From NCBI RefSeq assembly GCF_009914755.1, contig NC_060938.1: DNA of 64,000 nt; one strand, 5' to 3'. Origin of the DNA: the human T2T-CHM13v2.0 reference genome, Homo sapiens. The position numbers and the translations under genes are program-made. The notes under the pieces were generated by a model. It saw only the letters and a program-made list of their open reading frames with translations, was not told where the DNA came from and searched no databases. Below are positions 44,668 through 60,700 of the stretch, piece by piece (position 1 is the first letter of the stretch; the number at the start of each line of letters is the position of its first letter).

Positions 44668-45718
44668 GGCGAGACCCTGTCTCAAAAAAAAAAAAAGTAT
44701 TTGCCAAATAGACACAGTCCTCTCAAAAGGAGTTGGCAGAATAACACCCCTTCCTACCACATATCCTCAGAACCTGTGCATTTGTTAGGTTACGAAACAT
44801 AAGGGAAATAAGATTGCTAATCAGCTGACCTTAAAACAAGGAGAGGATCCTGCCTTACTAGGTGGGCCCAATGTAATCACAAAGATCCCTCAATGTGGAA
44901 GAAGAAGGCAAAAAAGAGTCCGTGTCAAAGAGACTTTTAAGAGAGACTTGACTAGACACTGCTTGATTTGAAGATGGGAAGGAAAGGGTCAGAAGCCAAG
45001 GAGTGTGTGTGCCGTCTAGAAGCTGGAAAAGGCAAGAAAGTAGATTCTCCCCTAGAGCCTTCCGAAAGGAGTGCAGCCCTGCTGATGCCTTAATTTTAGT
45101 CTAGTGAGACCAGGTGGACTTTAGACCAATAGAACTGTCAGATGATAGTATGTTTTAAGCCGCTAAAATTGTGGCAATTTATTAAAGTAACAAAATAGAA
45201 AACCTAATATAGGTCTCATGTAGAAGTTTCCATCATTTTTATTTTCTACAATTCTGGCTTACATCTTATTGCTCCATCCTTCCTAATGATAGACTTCATC
45301 CCACACAGACCAGTGTTTTCAGAGACTGGCTTATTGATTCAGTAATGGGCTGGGGAAAACAGCACACAAAAGGACATACAATATCTAAGCCTCCGCCTGG
45401 GCCACACGACAAGATTCAGAATTGTCTTTGGTATAATGGGTACCCAACTTCATGTGAAAGCCCAAGTTCGGGTTAATGTGAGAGCATTAAGAATTCACTG
45501 GCCTAGGCCTGGGAACTAATGCAGTCCGATACGTTCAGCCTCAAAGGAGAAGAAATGACTTGAAGGACATAAGTTGTGAGTTTGCCAATTGTTTTTTTCA
45601 TTTAAATAGCATCACACGGTAAAAGTAGTAGCTAAAATAATTTTAATGAAAATAATTTTGTGAAATAAAGGCCACTTGGGGAGTATTTGAGCAACACCCA
45701 AAAACAAACAAACAAACA
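44668..45718 (+). other. TPRT-inserted polyadenylated non-L1 segment (retrocopy of a transcript 3' end, or orphan transduction)
   Basis: Perfect 14-bp TSD AAAAACTAGTGATG (44654-44667 and 45719-45732) at a TT|AAAA site. AATAAA at 45664-45669, then an (AAAC)n tail from 45700. Begins with the last 16 nt of an Alu plus A13. Confidence 0.8.
44731..45211 (+). mobile_element. MLT1D-like MaLR LTR, carried inside the 44668-45718 insert
   Basis: GGTGGGCCCAATGTAATCAC, TCTAGAAGCTGGAAAAGGCAAG...ATTCTCCCCTAGAGCC, terminal ATAGAAAACCTAATATA. Confidence 0.85.
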
Positions 45719-46908
45719 AAAAACTAGTGATGAGAGGAGACATCCTTTCCTTGTTCCTGATTTTAGTAAGAACGCTTCCAGTTTGTAAACATTTAGTATG
45801 AGGTTAACTATAGCTTTTTTTGTAGATACTCTTCAAGTTGAGAAAATTCCCATCTATTCGTAGTTTACTGAGAGATTTTTTTTAATCATGAATGGTATTG
45901 GCATTTGTCAAATGCTTTTTTGCATCTATTGATGTGATCATGTGATTTTTATTTTTTAGCCTTTATATGTAATGTATTATCTTAATTGATTTTCAATGTT
46001 GAACCAGCCTTTCATACCTGAGATAAATTATGGTGTATAATTCTTCTTTCCTTAGTCTGGCTAGAGGCCTATCAATTATATTAATCTTTTTAATCTTAAT
46101 GATCCTAGCTTTTGGCTTCATTGATTTTCTGTATTTCCAATTTTATTGATTTCTGCTGTAATTTTAATTATTTTCTTTTTTCTGTTTACTTTGAGTTTAA
46201 TTTGCTGTTTCCAGTTTCCTAAGATAAAAACATAGATCATTGATTTTAAATCTTTCTTCTTTTCCAATACATGAAGAAAATGCTATAAATTTTCCTCTAA
46301 GTATTTCTTTCACTGCCTCTCACCACATTTGATGCTGTATTTTAATTTTCAATAAATTCAAAATGCTTAAAATTTTCTTTTAAGATTTCTTTTTTGACGC
46401 ATGTGTTATTCAGAAATGTTCTTAGCCTCCACGTATTTTGGGATTTTCCAGTTCTTTCTGTTACAGCTTTCTAGTTTAATTTCATTTTGATCTAAGAACA
46501 GACATATAATATCTGTTCTCTTAAATCTGTTAAGGTGAGATTTGTGACCCAGAATGCGGTCTACCTTGGTGAATGTTTCATGTGAGCTTGAGAAGAAAGT
46601 ATATTCTGCTGTTGTTGGATGAAGTAGTATCTAGGTGTCAATTATATACAGCTGATTGATGGTATTGTTGAGTTCAACTGTATCCTTCTTGCTTGCTGGA
46701 TCTATCCATTTCTAATAGAGGAATCTCAAACTCTTCATCTATAATAGTGGATTCTTCTGTTTCTTTTTGCAGTTCTGTTAATTTTTTTGCCTTTTCTTTG
46801 TTCCTATTTTTATGTTCCACATTTTTTTTTTGCATTTTGTGGTTCTAACTGAGCAGTTTGTGTAATTCAATTTTATTTAGCTTGCTATATATATACACTT
46901 TACCTTTT

Positions 46909-47187
46909 ATATATATTATATAATATATTATAATATATAATATATATAATATATAGTATAATATAATATATAGAATGTAATGTATATATAATATATAATA
47001 TAATAAATATAATGTAATATATAATATATAATATAATATATATAATGTAATATATAATATATAATATAATATATATAATGTAATATATATATAAAATATA
47101 TAATATAATATAATGTAATATATATATAATATATAATATAATATATATAATGTAATATATATAATATATAATATAATATATATATAT
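46909..47187. repeat. About 280-bp AT-rich compound microsatellite with a ~30-bp higher-order unit (TATAATGTAATATATAATATATAATAATATA-like)
   Basis: Read directly. Flanked by the direct repeat TTTACCTTTT (46899-46908 and 47188-47197). Confidence 0.95.
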
Positions 47188-47691
47188 TTTACCTTTTTTG
47201 AGTGGTTATATCGTTTGGAATATACATGTACAACTAATCCAAGTCCAGTTTCAAATAACACTGTACTACTTCAAGGGAAGTGATAGCTTATAATAACAAA
47301 ATTCCAATTTCTCTCACTTGTCCCTTGTATCATTCCTGTCATTCATTTCACTTATATATGTATACATAGCATAGATATACATAAAAAATAAACATATATA
47401 ATCAGATATATTGTGGCTATTATTACCTTGAACAAATTTATCCATTAGATTAATTAAGGATAAGGAAAATAAAAGTTTTTATTTTATCTTATTTCTTCTT
47501 CCACGTGCTTCCTTTATGTAGAGCTCAGTTTTTGACCTATATTACTTTCTTTAAAGAACTTCTTTTAACATTTCTTGCAAGGCAGATCCACTGGCAACAA
47601 GTTCTCTCAATTTTTGTTTGAGAAAATCTTTTTCTCCTTCACTTTTGAGGGATAATTTCACAGGATGTACAGAATTCTAGGTTGATTTTTT

Positions 47692-48322
47692 GTGTGTGTG
47701 TGTTTCAAAAATGCATTTATTTATTTTGTTTAGGCAATATAGTCACATGGCTCAAAATTCAAAACTAGAGAAAAGTCTTCCTCCCACATCTATCCCACTC
47801 AGTTTTCTCCAGGCAGAAAGGCAAGATACAGTTTCCTCTAGGCAGAAAGGCAAGATACAGTTTCCTCTGTGTATTGACAGAGATACCTTATGCATGTAGA
47901 AATAAGCCCTCACACATAGTTATCCTTTTTCCTCTCTTTTTTTGTAAATGGAAACACATATTTTACATCTTAATTACACCTTAATTTTTCTGCACATTGC
48001 TTATTTTTCTTTAATGGCTGTAAGATATTCCATTATACAGATGCACTGTAATATATTTAAAGAGTTGCTTTTTTGATAGATATTTAGGTTGTTTCTCATA
48101 TTGTGTTGTTAAGTTATACTAAATAAAGTTTTTGCACATATTCCATTTCACACATGTGCAAGTATCTCTATATTCCAAGATGAGGAATTTCTAGGTCAAA
48201 GAGAAAATATATTAGTAATTTTCATAGGTATTGGCAAATTGCCCTCTGTTCTCCTAAACCCCATGAAGTGTGGGTTTTTAAACTTTTTCATAATGCCTAC
48301 GATATCTTCAAAGTATAATCTG
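47692..48322 (-). other. L1-mediated 3' transduction (donor flank DNA with an L1ME-like remnant) and second A-rich tail
   Basis: Lies between the L1PA poly(A) (48323-48335) and the TSD copy at 47681-47691. Minus-strand AATAAA (TTTATT at 47716-47725) sits 10-14 nt before an A/CA-rich tail. Confidence 0.75.
47811..47868. repeat. Perfect 29-bp tandem duplication
   Basis: AGGCAGAAAGGCAAGATACAGTTTCCTCT twice. Confidence 0.97.
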
Positions 48323-48649
48323 TTTTCTTTTTTTTAATTATACTTTAAGTTTTAGGGTATGTGTGCACAACGTGCAGGTTTGTTGCATATGTATACATGT
48401 GCCATATTGGTGTGCTGCACCCAATAACTCATCATTTAACATTAGGTATATCTCCTAATGCTATCCCTCCCCCCTCCCCCCACCCCACAACAGGCTCCAG
48501 TGTGTGATGTTCCTTTTCCTGTATCCATGTGTTCTCATTGTTCAATTCCCACCTATGAGTGACAACATGCAGTGTTTGGTTTTTTGTCTTTGCGATAGTT
48601 TGCTGAGAATGATGGTTTCCAGCTTCATCCATGTCCCTACAAAGGACAT

Positions 48650-52368
<3,719 letters not shown>

Positions 52369-52431
52369 TATGATGTTAGCTGGTTATTTTGCTCTTTAGT
52401 TGATGCAGTTTCTTCCTAGCCTTGATGGTCT

Positions 52432-53449
52432 TTACAATTTGGCATGATTTTGCAGTGGCTGGTACCGGTTTTTCCTTTCCATGTTCAGTGCTTCCTTCAG
52501 GAGCTCTTTTGGGGCAGGCCTGGTGGTGACAAAATCTCTCAACATTTGCTTGTCTGTAAAGGATTTTATTTCTCCTTCACTTATGAAGCTTAGTTTGGCT
52601 GGATATGAAATTCTGGGTCGAAAATTCTTTTCTTTAAGAATGTTGAATATTGGCCCCCACTGTCTTCTGGCTTGTAGAGTTTCTGCTGAGAGATCAGCTG
52701 TTAGTCTGATGGGCTTCCCTTTGTGGGTAACCCGACCTTTCTCTCTGGCTGCCCTTAACATTTTTTCCTTCATTTCAACTTTGGTGAATCTGACAATTAT
52801 GTGTCTTGGAGTTGCTCTTCTGGAGGAGTATCTTTGTGGTATTCTCTGTATTTCCTGAATTTGAATATTGGCCTGCCTTGCTAGATTGGGGAAGTTCTCC
52901 TGGATAATATCCTGCAGAGTGTTTTCCAACTTGATTCCATTCTCCCTGTCACTTTCAGGTACACCAATCAGACGTAGATTTGGTCTTTTCACATAGTCCC
53001 ATATTTCTTGGAGGCTTTGTTCATTTCTTTTTGTTCTTTTCTCTCTAAACTTCTCTTCTCGCTTCATTTCATTCATTTGATCTTCCATCACTGATACCCT
53101 TTCTTCCAGTTGACTGAATTGGCTACTGAGGCTTGTGTATTCATCACATAGTTCTCGTGCCATGGTTTTCAGCTCTATCAGGTCCTTTAAGGACTTCTCT
53201 GCATTGGTTATTCTAGTTAGCCATTCATCTAATTTTTTTTTCAAAGTTTTTAACTTCTTTGTCATGGGTTCAAACTTCCTCCTTTAGCTCGGAGTAGTTT
53301 GATCTTCTGAAGCCTTCTTATCTCGACTCATCAAAGTCATTCTCTGTCCAGCTTTGTTCCGTTGCTGGTGAGGAGCTGCGTTCCTTTGGAGGAGGAGAGG
53401 CACTCTGATTTTTAGAGTTTCCAGTTTTTCTGCTCTGTTTTTTTCCCAT
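52432..53449 (-). pseudogene. L1 ORF1, disrupted
   Basis: The 277-aa ORF carries the C-terminal part (RPNLRLIGVPE, YPAKLSF). Upstream in-frame TAA near 53318 and a +1 slip in the A9 run near 53233-53241. Confidence 0.93.
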
Positions 53450-54474
53450 CTTTGTGGTTTTATCTACCTTTGGTCTTTGATGATAGTAACGTACAGATGG
53501 GGTTTTGGTGTGGATGTCCTTTCTGTTTGTTAGTTTTCCTTCTAACAGTCAGGACCCTCAGCTGCATGTCTGTTGGAGTTTGCTGGAGGTCCACTCCAGA
53601 CCCTGTTTGCCTGGGTATCAGCAGTGGAGGCTGCAGAACAGTGGATATTGGTGAACAGCAAATGTTGCTGCCTGATTGTTCCTCTGGAAGTTTTGTCTCA
53701 GAGGAGTACCTGGCTGTGTGAGGTGTCAGTCTGCCCCTACTGGGGGGTGCCTCCAAGTTAGGCTACTCGGGGGTCAGGGACCCACTTGAGGAGGCAGTCT
53801 GTCCGTTCTCTGATAACAAGCTGCGTGCTGGGAGAACCACTACTCTCTTCAAACTGTCAGACAGGGACATTTAAGTCTGGAGAGGTTTCTGCTGCCTTTT
53901 GTTTGGCTATGCCCTGCCCCCAGAGGTGGAATCTACAGAGGCAGGCAGGCCTCCTTGAGCTGCGGTGGGCTCCACCCAGTTTGAGCTTCTGGGCCACTTT
54001 GTTTACCTACTCAAGCCTCGGCAATGGCGGGCACCCCTCCTCCAGCCTCGCTGCTGCCTTGCAGTTTGATCTCAGACTGCTGTGCTAGCAATGAGTGAGG
54101 CTCTGTGGGCGTAGGACCCTCTGAGCCATGTGCGGGATATAATCTCCTGGTGTGCCATTTGCTAAGACCATTGGAAAAGTGCAGTATTAGGGTGGGAGTG
54201 ACCCGATTTTCCTGGTGCCATCTGTCATCCCTTTCTTTGACTAGGAAAGGGAATTCCCTGATCCCTTGAGCTTCCTGGGTGAGGCAATGCCTCACCCTGC
54301 TTCAGCTCACACTCTTTGCAGTGTACCCACTCTCCTGCACCCACTTTCTGACACTCCCCAGTGAGATGAACCTGGTACTTCAGTTGGAAATGCAGAAATC
54401 ACCCGTCTTCTGCATTGCTCACGCTGGGAGCTGTAGACTAGAGCTGTTCCTATTTGGCCATCTTTGCTCCACCC
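53450..54474 (-). promoter_or_regulatory. L1 5'UTR with internal sense promoter and antisense promoter region
   Basis: YY1 core (AAGATGGCC on the minus strand, about 54456-54464) is retained. Many CpGs have decayed to TG/CA. Activity is not shown by sequence. Confidence 0.6.
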
Positions 54475-54952
54475 AGTTGATTTTTTTTCTATCAACATTT
54501 TAAATCACTCTTTTTGCCTGCATGATTTCTGAGAAGTCAGATATAATTGTGATCATTGGTCCTCTGTAGGTAAGATGCTTTTTCTCTGTGGCTTCTTTTG
54601 GGATTGTTTTCTGTATCTTTGCTTTTCTATAGTTTGATAGGTATAGAGTTTTCTTGTTTTGTTTATGTTTTGTGTTTTTTTGGTCATTTATCCTGTTTGA
54701 TTTACTCTGAGCTTCTCAAATCTGTGGTTTAGTGTCTGGCATTAACTTGGGGGAAATGTCCAGTCATTATGGTTTCAAGTATTTCTCCTGTTCCTTTCTT
54801 TCCTGTAGTTATCCCACAGTTCTTGGATATTCTGTTTTTTTCTTTCCTTTTTTTCTTCTTTCTCTTTGCTTTTCAGTTTTGGAGTTTTCTGTTGCTATAT
54901 TCTCAATTTTAGAGATTCTTCCTTGAGCTGTGTCCAGTATACTAAGCCCATC

Positions 54953-57772
54953 TGTCTTAGTCTGGTTTTGCTATTATAACAGAATGCCACTGATATGGTT
55001 TGGCTGTGTCCTCACCCAAATCTCACCTTAAATTGTAGTTCCCATAATCCCCATGTGTCCTGGGAGGAAACTTGTGGGAGTAATTGAATCATGGGATCAG
55101 TTGCCCTATGCTGTTCTCATGACAGTGAGTGAGTTCTCACAAGATCTGATGATTTTATAAGGGACTTTACCCTACTTAGTTCTGGACTTCTCTCTCCTAC
55201 TGCCATGTGAAGGACATGTTTATGTCCCCTTTGCCATTATTGTAAGTTTCCTGAGACCTCCCCAGCCATGCAGAAATGTGAGTCAAACTTTTTCATTTAT
55301 AAATTAGCCAGTCTCGGGTAGTTCTTTATATTAATAGCAGTGTGAGAATGGACTAATAGAACCACAGATAGGGTAATTTATAATGAACAGAAATTTATTG
55401 GCTTATAGTTCTGGAGGCTGGAAAGTCCAAACCTGAGGGGCTGGCATCTAGCTAGAAACTTCTCACTGTGTTGTGCCATGGTAGAAGAGCAAAGATAGGG
55501 TGAGAAAGAGAGAAAGAGGGGGATAAAGTCTTTTTTTAAATAAGGAAACCTCCTGTCATAATAAATGCACTCACAATAATGGCATTAATCCATTCATGAG
55601 GGCAGAACCCTCATTACCCAGACACCTCCCATCAGGGCCCACTTCCTAAAACCTCCACATTAGTGATCAAGTTCCAACACATAAAGTTTGGGGGATACAT
55701 TTGAATCATAGCATGCCACCCATGGACCCCCAAATTTATGTGCCTCTCACATGCAAAATACATTTACTCCATCCCAGTAGCCTCAGAGTCTTACCTTAGT
55801 CTAGCATCAACTCAAAAGTCCAAGTCCAAAGCCTCATCTAAATCAGATATGAGTGATACTTGAGACATGACTCATCATGAGGCAAATTTTCCTCCATCTG
55901 TGGCCCTGTGAAAGAAAAACAAGTTATCTACTTCCAAAATACAGCGGTAGGACAGCCATAAGATAAATGTTCCCATTCTAAAAGTGAGAAATAGGTTAAA
56001 AAAACGTGGGGAGGGGTAACTAGTCTCAAGTAAGTTCGAAACCCAACCAGGCAAACAAAACTAAATCCTGAGGCTTGGAAATAATCATCTTAGACTCCAT
56101 GTCCCACCTTCCAGATACATGAGGGTAGGGCTTGGGCTACCAAGGCCTCAGGCAGCCCTGCCTCATGGCTTTGCTGAGTCCAGCCCATGTAGGAGCTCTC
56201 ATGGATTGGAGTCTTTTGCCTGCACCTCTCCTAGGCTGTGCTATATGCTGGTAACTCTACAGTTCTGGGTTCTCTGTGGCAGCTCTGACTCCACAGTTCC
56301 ACTGGGCATTACCCTACTTGGGGATCACGGTGGTAGCTCCACCTCTGTAACAAGTTTCTACCTGGGCCACCAGGCTGTCTGATACACTCTTTGAAGTCTA
56401 GGTGAATGCTGCCATGGCCCCACACCCTGTATATTCTGCAAGCCTAAAAAATTGGCACCACATGAATACCATCAAGGTTTACTGCTTGTGCTTTATGGAG
56501 CAGAGGTCTGAGTTGCACCCAGGCCTGCTTGAGCCCAACTGGAGCATCTGAAGAGTATTGTGCTGCAATGTGGGAGCAGAGACTTGAGGCATCCCGGGGA
56601 AGCAAGCCTATGGAGGATGCCTCTGGCCTGTTGCTCAAAACCATTCTGCCTTCCAAAGCTCTGGACCTGTGATGGGAAGGGCAGCCTCAAATATTTCCAA
56701 ATGTCTTTAGGGCCATTCTGCCATTATCTAGATGAATGCCACTTGGATTTTTTCTAGCCATACTGATCCCTTTATCAAGCATCACTTGTCTGGATCCTTG
56801 TAAGTTATGTTGTTCTTTATGTGACAAGGCTGCAAATCTTAAAAATCTGTTTGCTTTCCTTTTAATTATAAATTCCACCTTTAAATCATTTCTCTTCTCT
56901 TTTATTTTACTCTAGACAGTTAAAAGAAGCCACAGAGCTCCTTCAAATTTTACATAGAGTTTCTTTTGCCAGATATCCTAGTTCAGTGATCTTAAACTCT
57001 GCCTTCCACAAAGCCCTGGGACATGAACATGATCCAGCCAAGTTCTTTGCCACCTTATAACTAGAATAGGCTTTACTCCAGTTTCCAAGAAGATATCCCT
57101 CATTGTTATCTGAGACCTCATCAGAATGGCCTTTACTGTTTATATATCTACCAACATTCTAATCATGACCACTTGAAAGTAATCTCTAGGAACTTAAATG
57201 TTTTCCCTACAGCTCTTCCTTTTTTCTGAACCCTCACCAGAATCACCTTTAATGCTCCTTTTATGAAAATATAGGCTTTTCCCAGCATTTCCTTGAAAAG
57301 TGTTCCAGCCTCTACTCATTACCCAGTTTCAAAGCCACTTCCACATTTTCATGTATTTGTTATAGCAACAACTCCAATTCTTGGTACCAATTTTTGGTAT
57401 TAGTCCATTTTTGCTGCTATAACAGAATACCACAGACAAGGTAATTTATAATGAACAAAAACCTATTGGCTCATGGTTCTGGAGGCTGGGAAGCCCAAGA
57501 CTGAGGGGCTGGCATCTTTCAAAGCCTGCTTTGTGTGTCATCCCATCGTAGAAGGGCAAAGAGAGGGTGAGAGAAAGTGAACAAGAGGGCCAAACTCATC
57601 TTTTTATAAGAACCCAGTCCTGTGATAATGAACCCACTTCCACAATAATGACATTAATCCATTCATGAGGGCAGAGCTCTTACCCCTCACTAGGCCCCAT
57701 CTCCCACACCTCTACATTAGGGATCAAGTTTCTAACATATAAACTTTGGGGGGACACATTCAAACTATAGCA
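54953..57772 (-). mobile_element. MST (MSTB-like) MaLR provirus: LTRs 54953-55713 and 57396-57772, internal about 1.7 kb
   Basis: Two homologous LTRs share CATTAATCCATTCATGAGGGCAGA. Perfect TSD CCATC at 54948-54952 and 57773-57777. Confidence 0.92.
54991..55360 (+). mobile_element. THE1D solo LTR nested in the MST LTR
   Basis: TGATATGGTTTGGCTGTGTCC...GGACTAATAGA. TSD GCCAC / ACCAC. Confidence 0.9.
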
Positions 57773-60700
57773 CCATCAAAGGCATTCTTAATTTTTTTCT
57801 TTGATCTTTAGCATTTTAAAGTTGTTTTCCTATGATTTCTGTCTTCTTATTATACTGCCAATCTGTTTTTGCATGCTGTCCACTTTATCCTTTGGGCTTT
57901 TTAGCATATTAATGAGTTATTTCAAATTCCTGGTATGCTAGTTCCTACATCTCTGCCATGACTGATTCTGATGCTTGCTCTGTCTCTTCAACTTCGTTTT
58001 TTAGCTCTTAGTTTGTTTAGTAAACTTTTCTTTGTAGCCAGACACCATGTAATGGATAAAAGAAACTGCTGTAGATAGGCTAGGCCTTATTAATATGGTG
58101 GTAAGGTGTGGGAAGAGGAGAAGCATTCTGTGATCTTATGATTAGGTCTCAGTCTTTGGTGATCATTTGCTTCTAGACTGAATTTCATGAGTGCTTCTCA
58201 GACCATGCCTGCCTTAGGTGGGACAGAATGGCTAGAGTGGGCTGATTATTTCCCTTCCATGTGGTGTTTTTTTATTACTTTGTGCTGAAAACTTACTGGT
58301 CCTTTAAAGTTCTGTAGTCCATATATAAGGAACCTCTTTTTCTTTTCCATTAAGCAGTCTCTAACTCTCAACAATTTAGATTTTATACCTTTGTAAATAA
58401 AAATGAAACATTTATTTCTCTCTCTACCTGATCCCTCTATAATTCTGAATATTCTTTATGGTAATGTAGTTATTTGCATAAGTTTAATAAGAATATGTTA
58501 TTCTTGTAACAGAACATAATTGGAAACATTTGTTATATTATCCAGGTTTTGACTGAAATGTCATATTTGAGTATGATGTACCTGGAATCAGTTATGATCA
58601 GACCGTTTAAATAAACTGAGGATGACTTAAGCACTTAAGCAATGAATGCTTATACAGCCCTCTTGGAAAAGCTGTTCTGATACTTGGATTATAAGGTCCT
58701 CAATCTTACAGTTGAGTAATTTCCTGGTTAGTCATTTCCTGGTTGGCCTAGGAAACATAGGATATTTTGGAGACCTCAAGAAAATATGAATTCACTCAAA
58801 TCTAGTTACGGCAGGCACAGTCTAATGGCAAGTTCTTGGCTAGATTTCCCAGCCTTGAGAGGCTTTTTTGAAAGTCTAATCTGAGATTCCTTATTAAACA
58901 TTCCAGCAAATCTGATTTAAAAATGGTCCTATGCAGTCAATCTCTATTATTGCTGCTCTTACGTAATCAGGCTAAATTTAATGAGATCAGACTTATTTTA
59001 TGAAGAAAAGTAGTCTTATTTTGATTAACTTTAATCAAAATGGGGATGACTGTGGAAAGATATTTTATCTTTTAGTGGAAAACTATTATCCATCCTTGTG
59101 GGTATTCATTGCCTTTGGGCTATTTCTCACCTCTTGATGTACTTTTTTTTTTTTCTATTTCTAACCTGGACAGGATCAATTCTTTTGGTTTGCTCCAATA
59201 TCTGGCTGCAACTCTCTAATGCTTCCAATTTTTCTCCAACTTTTCTGACATGGCACCATTGAGAACTAAAACCTGATTGCCCTGATCCTTATTTGGACTA
59301 TCTAAAGAAGCCCTGTGAGCTAAAACTGAACACTTTCATGCTCTTCTCCAAAAAAAATCCATGACACTGATGTCTATGCCATCAGTAAAGTATTCAAACT
59401 GCCAACTAGGAAATCTGTGGGATGGCCTCTGCAATCTTCACTCTATTTTCTAAAGATACTTTAAGCCCAATGTGTATAAATCTTCTTGACTGGCTTCTCT
59501 ACTACTAAGTCTTAACACAGAGTTCCACTGGTCCTTAATAAACAAAAGTGTCTGAATGAGAAATGGACTTAACATTGTTCAAAGAAAAGAAGACTATCTC
59601 TTTTTTCCTTGAATGAGAGGGAGGTCTGACAGAGTCTCTCCTTGATCAAACTTGAGACAGGCTCCTACTCTTTTTGATCTGGTCTTGACCTTGGGCTCTG
59701 TCCCTGGGCCTGTTAGTTGAGTTTCAGCAAGAATTCTGATGAGTCAGTTCAGTGAAAAGTCCTCATTCTTGATATCTTATCACTCTGGTCTGCCTTCAGC
59801 AAGAAACCTGTCAAGCAGTTTAGCCAGAATCCCCCATAGCCTTAATGTTTTCTCTTAGTAATCCACTGACCCCCACCCTAAACCTACTCCTTAGCTATGC
59901 ATTTTCACTTGTCCTTGTTGTTTTCAGAGTTGAACCTGATCTCTCTCCCCTACTGAAAAGCCCCCATTGCAGTAGTCCTTTTTGAATAAAGTCTTCCATA
60001 TTGTCTCTAACAAATGTTATGAAAAAATTTTAACAGGGTAGAGGTCCCTTCTTCTGAACACACTGGGATGGAGATCCTGCCTTCAAAGCTATACCAGGTC
60101 AGCATTGCCTTTTCAGAGCTATGCCAGTTGGAGATCCTATTCCCAGAGCTCTGCCAGGTAGGGGTCATGACCCCAAGGCTTCTGGTAGCTGTGCCCCAAT
60201 AGCTTTGTCACCCCAAACCGTGGGGCTGTCTGACATGTTGAAACTGAGGAGATGGTCCCACTACTTTGAAACTGTGGAGGCAGTCCTGATTATCTCTGAA
60301 TTATCTTCAGTATAAATCTTATCTTATTTTCAAACACTGCACGTTTGTGGCCATAGTATTCCATAGTTCTGTCTTATAAAATTAAGGCATTTGACAGTCT
60401 TTCTTCATTCTGTCCTATCTCCTTCCCCTTCAGTTAAAACTGGCAGTGTTTCTGCTGAGTGGCTGATTAGGATAGTGGTTCACACATGCAGTAATCTGCT
60501 TATTAAATGATCACGAAGCCCACACTCTTAGAGTTCTTTTCCGAACATGTGTTCTCATTTTTTAAAATACAGATAGGCTGAGAATTTTCCAAGTCTTTAA
60601 GTTCTGGTTTCTTTTTGCTTAACAATTCCTTATCCCTCTACCCCCCTCTCCCCAAACAAATATTCGAAGATCAATTCCATCTTCAATTCATTTGGCTTCT

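Noticed and set aside
46845-47261. 138-aa Y/I/L-rich ORF
   Set aside because: Translation of the AT microsatellite.
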